A DNA stretch of 32,000 nt from Candidatus Heimdallarchaeota archaeon B3_Heim (GTDB lineage Archaea > Asgardarchaeota > Heimdallarchaeia > Hodarchaeales > Hodarchaeaceae): the NCBI GenBank assembly GCA_003144275.1, contig NJBF01000015.1, positions 30,001 to 62,000 on the forward strand. The letters run 5' to 3'. Made by a program: the position numbers and the translations under genes. A model generated the notes under the pieces. The model made no database searches and was not told the origin of the DNA. It worked only from the letters and a program-made list of their open reading frames with translations. Position 1 is the first letter of the stretch. Each line of letters starts with the position of its first letter. Positions 8,689 through 18,467 of the stretch are shown one piece after another.

Positions 8689-9663
8689 TTGGTGTTCATT
8701 CCCATGACTGATGTATCAATGCACTTAACAGCCCAAGATGAGCAAATACACTCCACTTTTTTACAGAAAATTCAAATTTGGATTTTTGCATTGAGAGCCC
8801 CTTTCTTCACAGCTTCATTGGTACCGTTGCTTCTTGGAATGACAATCGCTTACTATGAAACTTCTTCGATTGATCTCATTTTAGGATTATTGACATTAGT
8901 TGCAGGTGTATCTATACATGCAGGGACAAACCTAATTAATGATTATTATGACCGTTCAACAGATGATATCAATATTTACTATTCACAATTTAACGGTGGT
9001 TCTCGTATGATCCAAAATGATATTATCGCTCCCCGTAAAATATTACAAGCATCCGTTCTGTCGTATATAGTTGGATCAGTAACGGCTATAATAATTTTAT
9101 TCTTAATTCAAGGTGTTTTGCTAATTATATTCTTATCCGTTGCAGTCTTGTTAGGATTTTTTTATACAGCGTTACCTGTAAGTCTTAGTTATCGTGGTTT
9201 GGGAGAAATAGCTGTTTTTGTAGGTTTTGGGCCTTTAGGGGTCTTTTCTGCATACTATATTCAGTTAGGACATATCAATTCATCCTTATTAACCATTGTG
9301 TCCATACCAATAGCTATCTTGATATCTTTAGTTCTGTTTTTGAATGAGTTTCAAGATTTTGAAGCAGATGCTACAGCAGGCAAAAATACTTTGGTAGTCA
9401 TGCTAGGAAAAAAGAAGTCGGTTAAGATATATTCTGTAGGGATGATTTTAGCTTATATCACTTTACCACTATTTGTTTTACTATCATGGTTACCTGTTAT
9501 CACGCTTCTTCCTATGATAACATTTCCTGTTGCTGTAAAAGCTGTAACACACGCAAATGGAAATTATGATAAAATAAAGGAGCTTCTACCTGCTAATGGA
9601 CAAACAATATTAATTCATTTTGTATTTGGTTTGTTACTAGCTGTTAGCTTCGTAATTGCATAG
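8689..9663 (+). CDS. menA: 1,4-dihydroxy-2-naphthoate prenyltransferase (UbiA family, MenA-like)
   Basis: ALRAPFFTASLVP, HAGTNLINDYYD, GGSRMI, YRGLGEIAVFVGFGP, NEFQDFEADATAGKNTLVVMLG. Start may be the ATG at 8704. Confidence 0.88.
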   Translation: MVFIPMTDVSMHLTAQDEQIHSTFLQKIQIWIFALRAPFFTASLVPLLLGMTIAYYETSSIDLILGLLTLVAGVSIHAGTNLINDYYDRSTDDINIYYSQFNGGSRMIQNDIIAPRKILQASVLSYIVGSVTAIIILFLIQGVLLIIFLSVAVLLGFFYTALPVSLSYRGLGEIAVFVGFGPLGVFSAYYIQLGHINSSLLTIVSIPIAILISLVLFLNEFQDFEADATAGKNTLVVMLGKKKSVKIYSVGMILAYITLPLFVLLSWLPVITLLPMITFPVAVKAVTHANGNYDKIKELLPANGQTILIHFVFGLLLAVSFVIA

Positions 9664-9813
9664 TATAGTTTCCCTACTCCATTTTGCTCTGTACATAAAG
9701 AGATATAACTATCGCTAAATCTCTCTTTCATTAGTTCTACTAGCTATCCCACCTGATATTTAGGATTCTCAGGCGTAGATTAAAAAAAGCTAAACTAAAT
9801 TCTGGGTAAAGAT

Positions 9814-11865
9814 ATGAAATGCTTAGGTATTGATATTGGAGGTACTTTCACAGATTTAATATTGGTTGACTCAGAAAAGGGATTAGCTACTCTTCATAAA
9901 GTGTCAAGTACACCAAATAATCAATCTATCGGAACACAACAAGGATTAGAGCTGTTTAAAGAAAAATCAATTGAACTTTCGAATTTAGATGTTGTTGTGC
10001 ACGGGACAACAGTTGCGACAAATGCCATATTAGAACAAAAAGGAGTAAAAACAGCATTAGTAGCAACAGTGGGGTTTACAGATGTCATTGAAATCGGTCG
10101 TCAAAATCGTTCAAATCTCTATTCATTTTACCCAAAAAGAGTTGACCCACTGATACCAAGAGAATTAAGATTCGGTATTTCAGAACGACTCGACTCAGAA
10201 GGAAACATCGTTGTACCACTAGATACGGATGGAATAAATGTGATAATCGAAAAGATTCAGAAATTAGGGGTGCAATCTTTAGCAATTTCGCTATTATTTT
10301 CGTTTTTCAATCCAACTCATGAAATAATGATTGGTCAAAAAATAAAGGAAGTTCTTCCTAATTTACATATCTCACGGTCAAGTTGGGTATTACCAGTATT
10401 TCGAGAATTTGATCGAACTAGTGTAACTGTTCTTGATGCATATATCGCCCCTATTATGAAAAATTACTTTAATTCGTTTATGGAAGTTATTCAGAAACAA
10501 GATATTACTAATCCTCCGTTAATTTTGTTATCCTCTGGGGGAGTTACTCAAATAAAAAATGCAGCAGAAAAATCTGTAGAAACGGTTCTTTCCGGTCTGG
10601 CTGGAGGAGTTCTTGGGGGGTATTATTCTTCTCAACTGTTGCAGCTTAAAGATGTCATAACATTAGATATCGGAGGAACTTCGACAGACGTCGCCAGTAT
10701 TGTTAATGGAAAAATTGAAATAACCTCAGAAAATACAGTATCAGATCATCCCATTCCTTTACCAACAATCGCGGTTCAAACAATCGGAGCTGGTGGTGGG
10801 TCGATAGCTAGACAACAACATGGAATACTACATGTTGGCCCAGAAAGTGCTGGAGCTGATCCAGGTCCAGCCTGTTATGAGAAGGGAGGGAATTATCCCA
10901 CCGTTACCGATGCCAATCTAATACGGCGTCTCCTTAATCCTAATTTTTTCTGTAGTGGTACCATTAAAATTAGTTCAGAAAAAGCAGAAGAAGTAATGAT
11001 CAAACTTTCAGAAAATCTATCGCTGAAATCACTTGAAGAGGCCGCTGAAGGAGTAATTGAGGTTTTTGAGAACAATGTCGCTTTAGCTTTACGAAAAGTG
11101 AGTACTGAAAAAGGGTTAGATAGTCGTAACTTCACCCTCTGCTGTTTTGGAGGAGGCGGGCCTTTACATGCCTGTTCGCTTGCCGATCGATTATCAATAT
11201 CAAAAGTCATTGTTCCTCCTTATCCAGGTGTATGGTCAGCTTTCGGTTTATTGACTGCTGACATTAAACATAATTTTACTAAATCTATTATTAAGCCATT
11301 GAACCAGTTAGTTCTGCCTCTATTGGATTCTTCATTCGAAGAACTCGTTCATGAAGGAATAAAATTGTGTATTGAAGACGGTTTTAGTCAAGACGATATT
11401 ATTATTGTTAAAAGTGTCGATATTAGACTTGTCGGTCAATCTTATGAAATTACAGTGCCATTTAGTGACACCTTTGATGAAATTTCAGAGTCTTTCGACA
11501 AGGCCCACGAACAAGCATATGGCTATTCCTCTCCAGAAGCACCTCACGAGATTATAAATATTCGTGTTTCAGCGTTGGTACAACTTCCTAAATTTTCTTT
11601 GGCAAAGCTGCCTCACGGAGGAGAAGAACCATCTCCAGAAAGTTTTTTAGAAGTACGAAGAGTTTTTCTTCATGGTAAATGGGAAGAAGTAAATGTTTAT
11701 AGAAAATTACATCTGTGTTCAGGAAATAAGATTATTGGACCAAGTATAATTGAACAGGCTGATTCCACCATTCTTGTTGATAGCGGATGGATGATGGAGG
11801 TTCTCGAAGACGGACACATTATCATGAAAAGAATGCAGGAGGATAAAACAGAACATGAAACTTGA
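9814..11865 (+). CDS. Hydantoinase A / 5-oxoprolinase ATP-binding subunit
   Basis: GIDIGGTFTD, HGTTVATNAILE, DIGGTSTDV, IGAGGGSI, GPESAGADPGPACY, PTVTDAN, FGGGGPLHA. Confidence 0.93.
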   Translation: MKCLGIDIGGTFTDLILVDSEKGLATLHKVSSTPNNQSIGTQQGLELFKEKSIELSNLDVVVHGTTVATNAILEQKGVKTALVATVGFTDVIEIGRQNRSNLYSFYPKRVDPLIPRELRFGISERLDSEGNIVVPLDTDGINVIIEKIQKLGVQSLAISLLFSFFNPTHEIMIGQKIKEVLPNLHISRSSWVLPVFREFDRTSVTVLDAYIAPIMKNYFNSFMEVIQKQDITNPPLILLSSGGVTQIKNAAEKSVETVLSGLAGGVLGGYYSSQLLQLKDVITLDIGGTSTDVASIVNGKIEITSENTVSDHPIPLPTIAVQTIGAGGGSIARQQHGILHVGPESAGADPGPACYEKGGNYPTVTDANLIRRLLNPNFFCSGTIKISSEKAEEVMIKLSENLSLKSLEEAAEGVIEVFENNVALALRKVSTEKGLDSRNFTLCCFGGGGPLHACSLADRLSISKVIVPPYPGVWSAFGLLTADIKHNFTKSIIKPLNQLVLPLLDSSFEELVHEGIKLCIEDGFSQDDIIIVKSVDIRLVGQSYEITVPFSDTFDEISESFDKAHEQAYGYSSPEAPHEIINIRVSALVQLPKFSLAKLPHGGEEPSPESFLEVRRVFLHGKWEEVNVYRKLHLCSGNKIIGPSIIEQADSTILVDSGWMMEVLEDGHIIMKRMQEDKTEHET

Positions 11866-13423
11866 TTTCATTAGCTTAAGTGTGATCCAGAAAGCTCTAG
11901 AGAATATTGCCGAGGAAATGGGAATCGTCCTTCGTCGTGCTTCGTTCAGTGCAAATTGTAAGGAGCGTCTTGACTTCTCATGTGCTATTTTTAATTCCGA
12001 AGGAGAATTGGTAGCACAAGCAGAACACATTCCTGTCCATTTAGGGGCTATGTTTTCATCTATGGACACAGTATTAGCCCAATATAATGTGAATTCCTTC
12101 AATCCAGGAGACATTATAATTTTAAATTCTCCTTTTTCAGGGGGTACTCATCTCCCAGACATCTCTTTTATTTTACCAGTGTTTATCGAGAATAAATTGA
12201 CTTTTTTTGTTACTAATAGGGCCCATCATTCAGATATTGGTGGTTCTACGCCCGGAAGTATGCCTGGTACCTCTACAGAGATATATCAGGAAGGTTTAAT
12301 CATTCCACCTGTTAAATTGTATTCCAAGGGAGTAGAAAATGAGGATATCTTGAATCTTATCTTGTCTAACGTCCGTGTGAAGGAGGAGCGTCTTGGTGAT
12401 TTTCGAGCTCAGCGTGCTGCACTAATTCGAGGAGAGGATCGATTAACGGAATTAGCAACGGATTATGATAGAGATTTTCTTTTAAATTCCGTAACACAAT
12501 TAATGGAATTATCAGAACATTCTTTTAGATCCCATCTCGGAAATTTTCCAGATAAGACACTCAAATTTTGTGATTACTTGGACTCCAACGGAATAACTGA
12601 AAATCCTGTAAAGATTCAAGTAACGATGAATAAAATTAATGATAAGGTGAATGTGTCATTTGAGGGGACAGATAAACAGCAGATAGGTAATGTAAATTGT
12701 CCAAAAAGTGTGGTGTACTCATGTGTATATTATGTATTTAGAGTACTTACAGATCCTTCTATTATGACCAATGCAGGTCTATTTAGAAATATTGAAATTG
12801 GAATACCAGTGGGAAGTCTTCTTGACCCTAAATTTCCTGCCGCTGTTTCAAGTGGAAATGTAGAAACTTCCCAGAGAATAGTTGATGTACTATTGGGAGC
12901 ATTAGCTCAATCATTTTCCGAAATACCAGCCGCTTCTCAAGGGACTATGAATAACATATCCCTCGGATCTACAAAAGGAAATACTCCATTTACTTATTAT
13001 GAGACTTTGGGAGGAGGAACAGGGGCTGGAAAATTTTATAAAGGTACATCAGCTATTCACAGTCACATGACAAATACGTTAAACACCCCAATTGAAGCAT
13101 TCGAACTTATCTTTCCATTTAGAGTTAAGAAATATGCTATTAGGAAGAATTCTGGTGGAAGTGGCAAGAATACAGGGGGGGACGGAATTGAAAAGGAGAT
13201 TGAATGTTTAGTGGATACTACAGTTTCAATCCAGTCTGAAAGAAGAACTTTTTCACCGTATGGTATATATGGAGGGCAACCTGGAGCGAAAGGGGCCAAT
13301 TCTGTTAGGAAAAGGAATGGAGAAGTGATAAATCTCCCAGGAAGGATTATTACGAAACTTTCCTCTGGAGATACCTTGATGATTAAAACGCCTGGAGGTG
13401 GGGGATATGGGAAAAGGAAGTAG
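11855..13423 (+). CDS. Hydantoinase B / 5-oxoprolinase subunit
   Basis: ERLDFSCAIF, HIPVHLG, GGTHLPD, RAHHSDIGGSTPGSMP, ETSQRIVD, QGTMNN, YYETLGGG, TPGGGGYG. Overlaps the A subunit by 11 nt. Confidence 0.93.
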   Translation: MKLDFISLSVIQKALENIAEEMGIVLRRASFSANCKERLDFSCAIFNSEGELVAQAEHIPVHLGAMFSSMDTVLAQYNVNSFNPGDIIILNSPFSGGTHLPDISFILPVFIENKLTFFVTNRAHHSDIGGSTPGSMPGTSTEIYQEGLIIPPVKLYSKGVENEDILNLILSNVRVKEERLGDFRAQRAALIRGEDRLTELATDYDRDFLLNSVTQLMELSEHSFRSHLGNFPDKTLKFCDYLDSNGITENPVKIQVTMNKINDKVNVSFEGTDKQQIGNVNCPKSVVYSCVYYVFRVLTDPSIMTNAGLFRNIEIGIPVGSLLDPKFPAAVSSGNVETSQRIVDVLLGALAQSFSEIPAASQGTMNNISLGSTKGNTPFTYYETLGGGTGAGKFYKGTSAIHSHMTNTLNTPIEAFELIFPFRVKKYAIRKNSGGSGKNTGGDGIEKEIECLVDTTVSIQSERRTFSPYGIYGGQPGAKGANSVRKRNGEVINLPGRIITKLSSGDTLMIKTPGGGGYGKRK

Positions 13424-13432
13424 GGAATAATT

Positions 13433-14860
13433 ATGGAAATTAGGAATTTTCAAAGCCTTCTTGATTTACCTCCAGGTTCAAATGAGATTTTAGCACGAGA
13501 AATTCTTTTGCAGCTTCTCAAAATTGGGATAGAAGCCGTAAATCCCTTCGAAATAGTAACTAATAGTATTCAGTATGATTCGAACTCCCAGTCGCTCACA
13601 ATCGCCAATTTAAAGCTGGATCTGACAAATAAGCAAGTTCGTGTGATTGGAACAGGGAAAGCTGTTGGACGTATGGCAGAAGCAGTCGAGGCGGTATTAG
13701 AGGGAGTTCCGCTAACAGGCATTATTTGTGTTCCAAAAGGAGTAAAGAAATCTCTAAATCTTGGAAAAATTCAATGTTTGGAATCCACACATCCACTTCC
13801 CTCGGAAATAAACTTCGAAAACACACAGAAAACCATGAAATTTATTCAAGAAATTTCTCCAGACGATCTTGTTATTAGCTTAATAAGCGGGGGAGGATCT
13901 GCATTATGGTCCGCTCCCACACCACCAATAACGATGAACGACCTAAAAGCTCTTAATATGGCACTTCTCCATTCAGGGATGTCAATCCATGAAATTAATG
14001 TGATTAGAAAACATATATCACAAATTAAAGGTGGTAAGGTAGCTCAATTAATCCCGGCAATGTCTATAATCCTACTGCTTTCCGATGTGATTGGTGATCA
14101 AATTGAGAGTATTGCATCTGGTCCATTTTCTCCTGATACAAGCACATATAATGACGTAATCAATCTTTTGAATAAATACTTTTTATCAAAAAATGTTTTA
14201 CCAAAGAGTGTATATGAGGTACTAACTAAGGGGGTAATGGGCGTAATAGCTGAGACACCTAAACCAAAAAATCCCATTTTCTCACGATTCCATCATTTTG
14301 TAATTGGGTCGAATACAGTTGCTCGACAAGCTATATTCAATACCGCAAGTAAAGCGGGTTTAAAAGTAATTAATGATGAACGTTTAGTAGACGGAAATGC
14401 TCGGGAGGTAGGAGTGCAGATGGCAAAATTGGCACATAAAATTGGTAAAGGAAATTCTACTCCAGTATTGTACATCTCAGGGGGTGAACCTATTGTAAAA
14501 GTTAAAGGAAATGGGACTGGAGGAAGAAATCAAGAAGTAGTAGCAGCGTTTCTTAAGGAAATAAGTGCTAATGATCCTTCTCCTGATATTTCATTTGTAT
14601 CTATTGGAACTGATGGAATTGATGGAAATTCAGATTATGCAGGTGCTATTTGTGATAAATATTCACTGAAACTTTATAATAAGAGGAACCTTGATTTAGA
14701 CCAATACCAGGAGAATAATGATTTAACAAACTTTTTTTTACAGCTAGGAAAATGTTTGATCTTGTTGGGGCCAACAGGGACGAATGTGATGGATATCCAT
14801 CTTTTACTTGTTAACGGTACAAATTTAATAGATAATATTGGATTTTCTTCCGGAATTTAA
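13433..14860 (+). CDS. Glycerate 2-kinase (MOFRL/TtuD family)
   Basis: GTGKAVGRMA, THPLP, LISGGGSAL, RKHISQIKGG, SDVIGD...IASGP, GGEP, GGRNQE, GTDGIDGNS, TGTNVMD. Confidence 0.92.
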   Translation: MEIRNFQSLLDLPPGSNEILAREILLQLLKIGIEAVNPFEIVTNSIQYDSNSQSLTIANLKLDLTNKQVRVIGTGKAVGRMAEAVEAVLEGVPLTGIICVPKGVKKSLNLGKIQCLESTHPLPSEINFENTQKTMKFIQEISPDDLVISLISGGGSALWSAPTPPITMNDLKALNMALLHSGMSIHEINVIRKHISQIKGGKVAQLIPAMSIILLLSDVIGDQIESIASGPFSPDTSTYNDVINLLNKYFLSKNVLPKSVYEVLTKGVMGVIAETPKPKNPIFSRFHHFVIGSNTVARQAIFNTASKAGLKVINDERLVDGNAREVGVQMAKLAHKIGKGNSTPVLYISGGEPIVKVKGNGTGGRNQEVVAAFLKEISANDPSPDISFVSIGTDGIDGNSDYAGAICDKYSLKLYNKRNLDLDQYQENNDLTNFFLQLGKCLILLGPTGTNVMDIHLLLVNGTNLIDNIGFSSGI

Positions 14861-14968
14861 CAATGTCCTCTTAGTCTTGAGGAATTAGTTATGTATTGTT
14901 TTTAAGTAATGATCGTTTTCATGTATTTGAAAGTCAACTTGTTAACTTCATACTCTTGCTGTGATTTG

Positions 14969-15685
14969 ATGGAGATAACAAATACAGGGATCCCAGGATT
15001 AGACGAACTTCTCGGAGGTGGAATACCTACAGGTTGGACAACGATTCTTTCTGGAGCTCCAGGGAGTGGAAAAACATGTTTATCTATCGGTTACCTTGTG
15101 GAAGGAATTAAAAAATACAAAGAACCAGGTATATTTTGTAGTTTCAACGAATCACGCAAAGAATTATATCTGACACAGAAAGTGTTCGGTTACGATTTAG
15201 AGAAGTATGAAAAATCTAGTAAATTGAAAATTCTGGATTTTTCCTATGGACGAGCCCTAGGTGAAGGGCAATTAGCACTACAGCAAACAAAAGTAGATCT
15301 CCCCGCATTAACGAAGAGTATTAAAGAATCTATAAACGAGATTGGAGCGAAACGCCTTGTCATTGACCCTCTTACAATTATTTCTCTCCTCTTCGACAAT
15401 ATTCGCGAAGTTCGCTATAATTTTCTACGTTTTTTTGATGTTATTCGACTCTTTGGAGTCACTTCTTTGGCTATTACTGAGAGTAATTCCTCAAAAGAAT
15501 TTACAGTTGAGGAGTTTCTCGCAGCGGGAATCATTCGCTTGTATAATGAACGATTGGGTTCAAAACGTCAACGGGGTATCGAAATAGTTAAAATGAGAGG
15601 GATTAATCATAAAAGAGGACTTTTTCCTTTATCGATAACTAGTCAAGGAATTATCATTTCCCCAGAAGTTGAGATGTTGTCATAG
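14969..15685 (+). CDS. KaiC-like / RAD55-family RecA-superfamily ATPase, single domain
   Basis: TGIPGLDELLGGGIP, Walker A GAPGSGKT, Walker B RLVID, EIVKMRG. ATG at 14969 preferred. Confidence 0.9.
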   Translation: MEITNTGIPGLDELLGGGIPTGWTTILSGAPGSGKTCLSIGYLVEGIKKYKEPGIFCSFNESRKELYLTQKVFGYDLEKYEKSSKLKILDFSYGRALGEGQLALQQTKVDLPALTKSIKESINEIGAKRLVIDPLTIISLLFDNIREVRYNFLRFFDVIRLFGVTSLAITESNSSKEFTVEEFLAAGIIRLYNERLGSKRQRGIEIVKMRGINHKRGLFPLSITSQGIIISPEVEMLS

Positions 15686-15808
15686 GAGAAATCGAGTTTT
15701 CAATCCTTAATTATATAGAACTTTGTTTAACAGGTTTATTGAAACCTAATATAATTGTAAAGGCTATTATTATCCCTCCCCGAGTTTCAAGGGATTTAAC
15801 TCTTGTTT

Positions 15809-15970
15809 TTATTCCTCCTTAGGTTTCGTAGGAATTTTTCCTTCCAACTTAGCCTTTGCTGCCTCAATTCCACCCCTAAAACCGTCTTCTTTCGTTTTTT
15901 TCAACAATTCTTTCTTTAAATCATCTGGCATTTTTTTTTCTTCTTCTGACAATGAAAGTCCTCCAATCAT
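15809..15970 (-). CDS. Small charged hypothetical protein (about 53 aa)
   Basis: ATG at 15970 preceded by a purine-rich tract; K/E-rich helical sequence filling the gap between genes. Confidence 0.45.
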   Translation of the reverse strand: MIGGLSLSEEEKKMPDDLKKELLKKTKEDGFRGGIEAAKAKLEGKIPTKPKEE

Positions 15971-16096
15971 TTTTCCCCCTCCTAAACTAAAAAGGTTTTC
16001 GTTTTTAAATTTTCCGTGAGTGGAATAAATAAAGATTGAACCCGACATAAATATATATATAGAGTATCAAAAAGAAAATAAACCTTATCTTGTAGT

Positions 16097-17173
16097 TTGG
16101 TGTATCCATTCTTGTTTATTCGAATCAGAACTCCATATGAAGATATCTCGTGCATTCCTTCTAGTCCTGGGATTTATCGATTTATTGATGCACAACAAGA
16201 AATTCTTTACATTGGTGCATCCAAAAATCTACAGAACAGAATTTCACAGTATTTTGGACGATCTAAGCTTTGGGAAAAAAAGTATTCACAAATTCAGAAG
16301 CAAACACAATATATTGAATATCAAGAATTTGAAAATGAAGAGTCTGCTTTCGAAGCTGAAAGACTTCAGATTTGGACTAATAGTCCAAAATTGAACATTC
16401 GAAGTAATGGGATACAATCATTCTCCTATCTTATATTCAGAAAAGAACCATATTTTCATCTTCTGTGTAGTTCTAACGATGAAATTTACAGATTTACTGA
16501 ACATGATTGTGTTTATCGAATCAATTTACACTCAAAAAAGCTGCAAGAATTGATTGATCAAATTCGTAAAAATTTGAAACTATGTACCTCATCCAATGAA
16601 AATTCTTGTTGGGAATATCAATTAAACTTATGTTATCGTAATTGTCTCCAGTCAAATAAACTAGCGATTGAGAAGGGGCTTAATAATATTTCTAAGTTAA
16701 TCAATACCCTGACTTCAAATGATCTTACTCTTTTGAATGAATGGAATACACAAATCGATAGATTTGTTGAAAAGATGCAATTTGAAGAAGCTTTGAAATT
16801 ACACATTTCTCTACAAGCTCTGGAACTCCTACGTCGAGGTTTTGCAGGAATTGGTTTTCCTCTTGATCAAAATCGGTTTATATTCACCTTCCCCAGGGAT
16901 AATCAGAATGAAATACAAACTACAATTTATTCGTACCGTGATGGGAGATTAGTTTCCGAGGAACACCAGAATCGGCCTTTGACTAAAGATTTATCACTCG
17001 AAGTATTCATCTTATATTTTCTGCAGGAATATTATCAAAAAAATACAATCCTAACGAAAAAAGTTACAATTAACGTTCAGTTAACTACTAAAAATCAGCT
17101 CCGGTTCAGAAAGTGGATGAGAAGGTATTTCCATCAACCTATTCGGTTAGAAATTAGTAACGAAAAAAGGTGA
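16097..17173 (+). CDS. UvrC-like GIY-YIG endonuclease lacking the C-terminal half (Cho-like architecture)
   Basis: PGIYRF...LYIGAS.NL.NRI.QYF, AFEAE...PKLN, a four-Cys cluster (CTSSNENSCWEYQLNLCYRNC) and a UVR motif (EKMQFEEAL). The ORF ends at 358 aa. Confidence 0.8.
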   Translation: MVYPFLFIRIRTPYEDISCIPSSPGIYRFIDAQQEILYIGASKNLQNRISQYFGRSKLWEKKYSQIQKQTQYIEYQEFENEESAFEAERLQIWTNSPKLNIRSNGIQSFSYLIFRKEPYFHLLCSSNDEIYRFTEHDCVYRINLHSKKLQELIDQIRKNLKLCTSSNENSCWEYQLNLCYRNCLQSNKLAIEKGLNNISKLINTLTSNDLTLLNEWNTQIDRFVEKMQFEEALKLHISLQALELLRRGFAGIGFPLDQNRFIFTFPRDNQNEIQTTIYSYRDGRLVSEEHQNRPLTKDLSLEVFILYFLQEYYQKNTILTKKVTINVQLTTKNQLRFRKWMRRYFHQPIRLEISNEKR

Positions 17174-17190
17174 TTGTGATTGCTTTCGGG

Positions 17191-17910
17191 TCAAATCACA
17201 GTATAAAATATTCTTTCACGAAATTTCCCTTTATTCTTAGTGCTTATTAGTGAGACTTTACCAATTTCTGATGTGTTCTTTACATGGGTTCCAGCACAAG
17301 CTGCAAAATCGTAATCTCCAATAGAAACAATTCGAATAGATTTAATCGATTTAGGTACCATTTCGAGATATTTAGTCTGGTATTTTTTCTCTCGAAGATA
17401 GGAAAAAGCTTCCTCCCTTGGTAATGCCTTTATAGATACAGGCAATTTCTTCGCCAAGATCATGTTGATTTTTTTTGTAATCGTTCCTAATTCTTCTAGC
17501 GGTATTTTCCTTAACGGTTGAAAATCTAACCTGCTCTTCTCATATTTCAGCTGGGTACTGACAGTTTCGGCTTGATAGTTGACCTGAAAGTAACGACTGA
17601 TTACATGTTGAGCTGAATGACTCCGCATCAGTCTATAGCGGTAGTTCCAATCTAATTTTCCTTCTACCTTTGAACCCACTGGGAAATCTTGAGTATCAGT
17701 TTCGTGAATCACCAATTCTTGATGTATTCGGGTGTTATTTACCTTAATGGGCTGGTCTTTGATAATCAGACTTCCTCTATCCCCTGGTTGGCCTCCTCCT
17801 TCAGGATAAAAACATGTTTCTTTTAATACAATTCCTTTGGAAGTATTTTTCACTAGGGTTGAATTAAAATCTTTTATATAATTATCTGTTTCGTAAATCC
17901 GCTTGGTCAT
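17191..17910 (-). CDS. alaX: Stand-alone alanyl-tRNA editing protein AlaX (AlaX-M type)
   Basis: FYPEGGGQPGDRG, MRSHSAQH (HxxxH), ACAGTHV (CxxxH), NKGK. Confidence 0.92.
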   Translation of the reverse strand: MTKRIYETDNYIKDFNSTLVKNTSKGIVLKETCFYPEGGGQPGDRGSLIIKDQPIKVNNTRIHQELVIHETDTQDFPVGSKVEGKLDWNYRYRLMRSHSAQHVISRYFQVNYQAETVSTQLKYEKSRLDFQPLRKIPLEELGTITKKINMILAKKLPVSIKALPREEAFSYLREKKYQTKYLEMVPKSIKSIRIVSIGDYDFAACAGTHVKNTSEIGKVSLISTKNKGKFRERIFYTVI

Positions 17911-17998
17911 GCTGTATCTCCTTATTTATGCTTTGAATATTAGCAAAAAAAGAAAATTCTATTTTTTTTAGCCGTATGATTAGTATTTGGTTGAAAAA

Positions 17999-18364
17999 TT
18001 ACTCAGTTATATCGAGAAAATTATCAAGTCGGATTGTTCGCCTATATTGTTTAATTTTATTCGCTACAGTGTTGGCTGCTATCCTTTCACGCTGTTTTAA
18101 GGGTGTTTCTGGAATTTCAAGTCTGAGATGCATAAGTTCAGTTCGATACCATTCGGCTATTTGTTTTTCGCCAGGATCAGGTTTACTTTGCCTTTTTTCC
18201 ATGATATTGCTAACTCGGGATCGTAAATATTTTTCTGTTAGTTTCTCTTGATTTTTTTTCGATTCGTGTGGGTGAGCTAGTCTGATTTGCTCCTCGGCAT
18301 CCTGCCACCACTTAACCATTTTCTTAGGGTCCAGTTTGACTTGTTTATACCCATCTCTAGGCAT
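17999..18364 (-). CDS. Basic hypothetical protein with two internal helical repeats
   Basis: 121-aa ORF. Residues 18-51 and 71-104 align without gaps (W[WY]-x6-[IL]RL-x2-P-x4-K-x2-E[KR][LI]). Confidence 0.6.
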   Translation of the reverse strand: MPRDGYKQVKLDPKKMVKWWQDAEEQIRLAHPHESKKNQEKLTEKYLRSRVSNIMEKRQSKPDPGEKQIAEWYRTELMHLRLEIPETPLKQRERIAANTVANKIKQYRRTIRLDNFLDITE

Positions 18365-18467
18365 TTGAACACTTCACAGTCGAATTATTAGTAAGGGACT
18401 AAATTCTTACCTTCAATCAAGAATGTTCCTCCAGCCTTTTATTAATTTCATTTTAGAATGATATTGG

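Noticed and set aside
14969-15685. KaiC circadian clock
   Set aside because: Single domain, no recognisable S/T phosphorylation pair, and no kaiA/kaiB nearby. Such ATPases are common in archaea.
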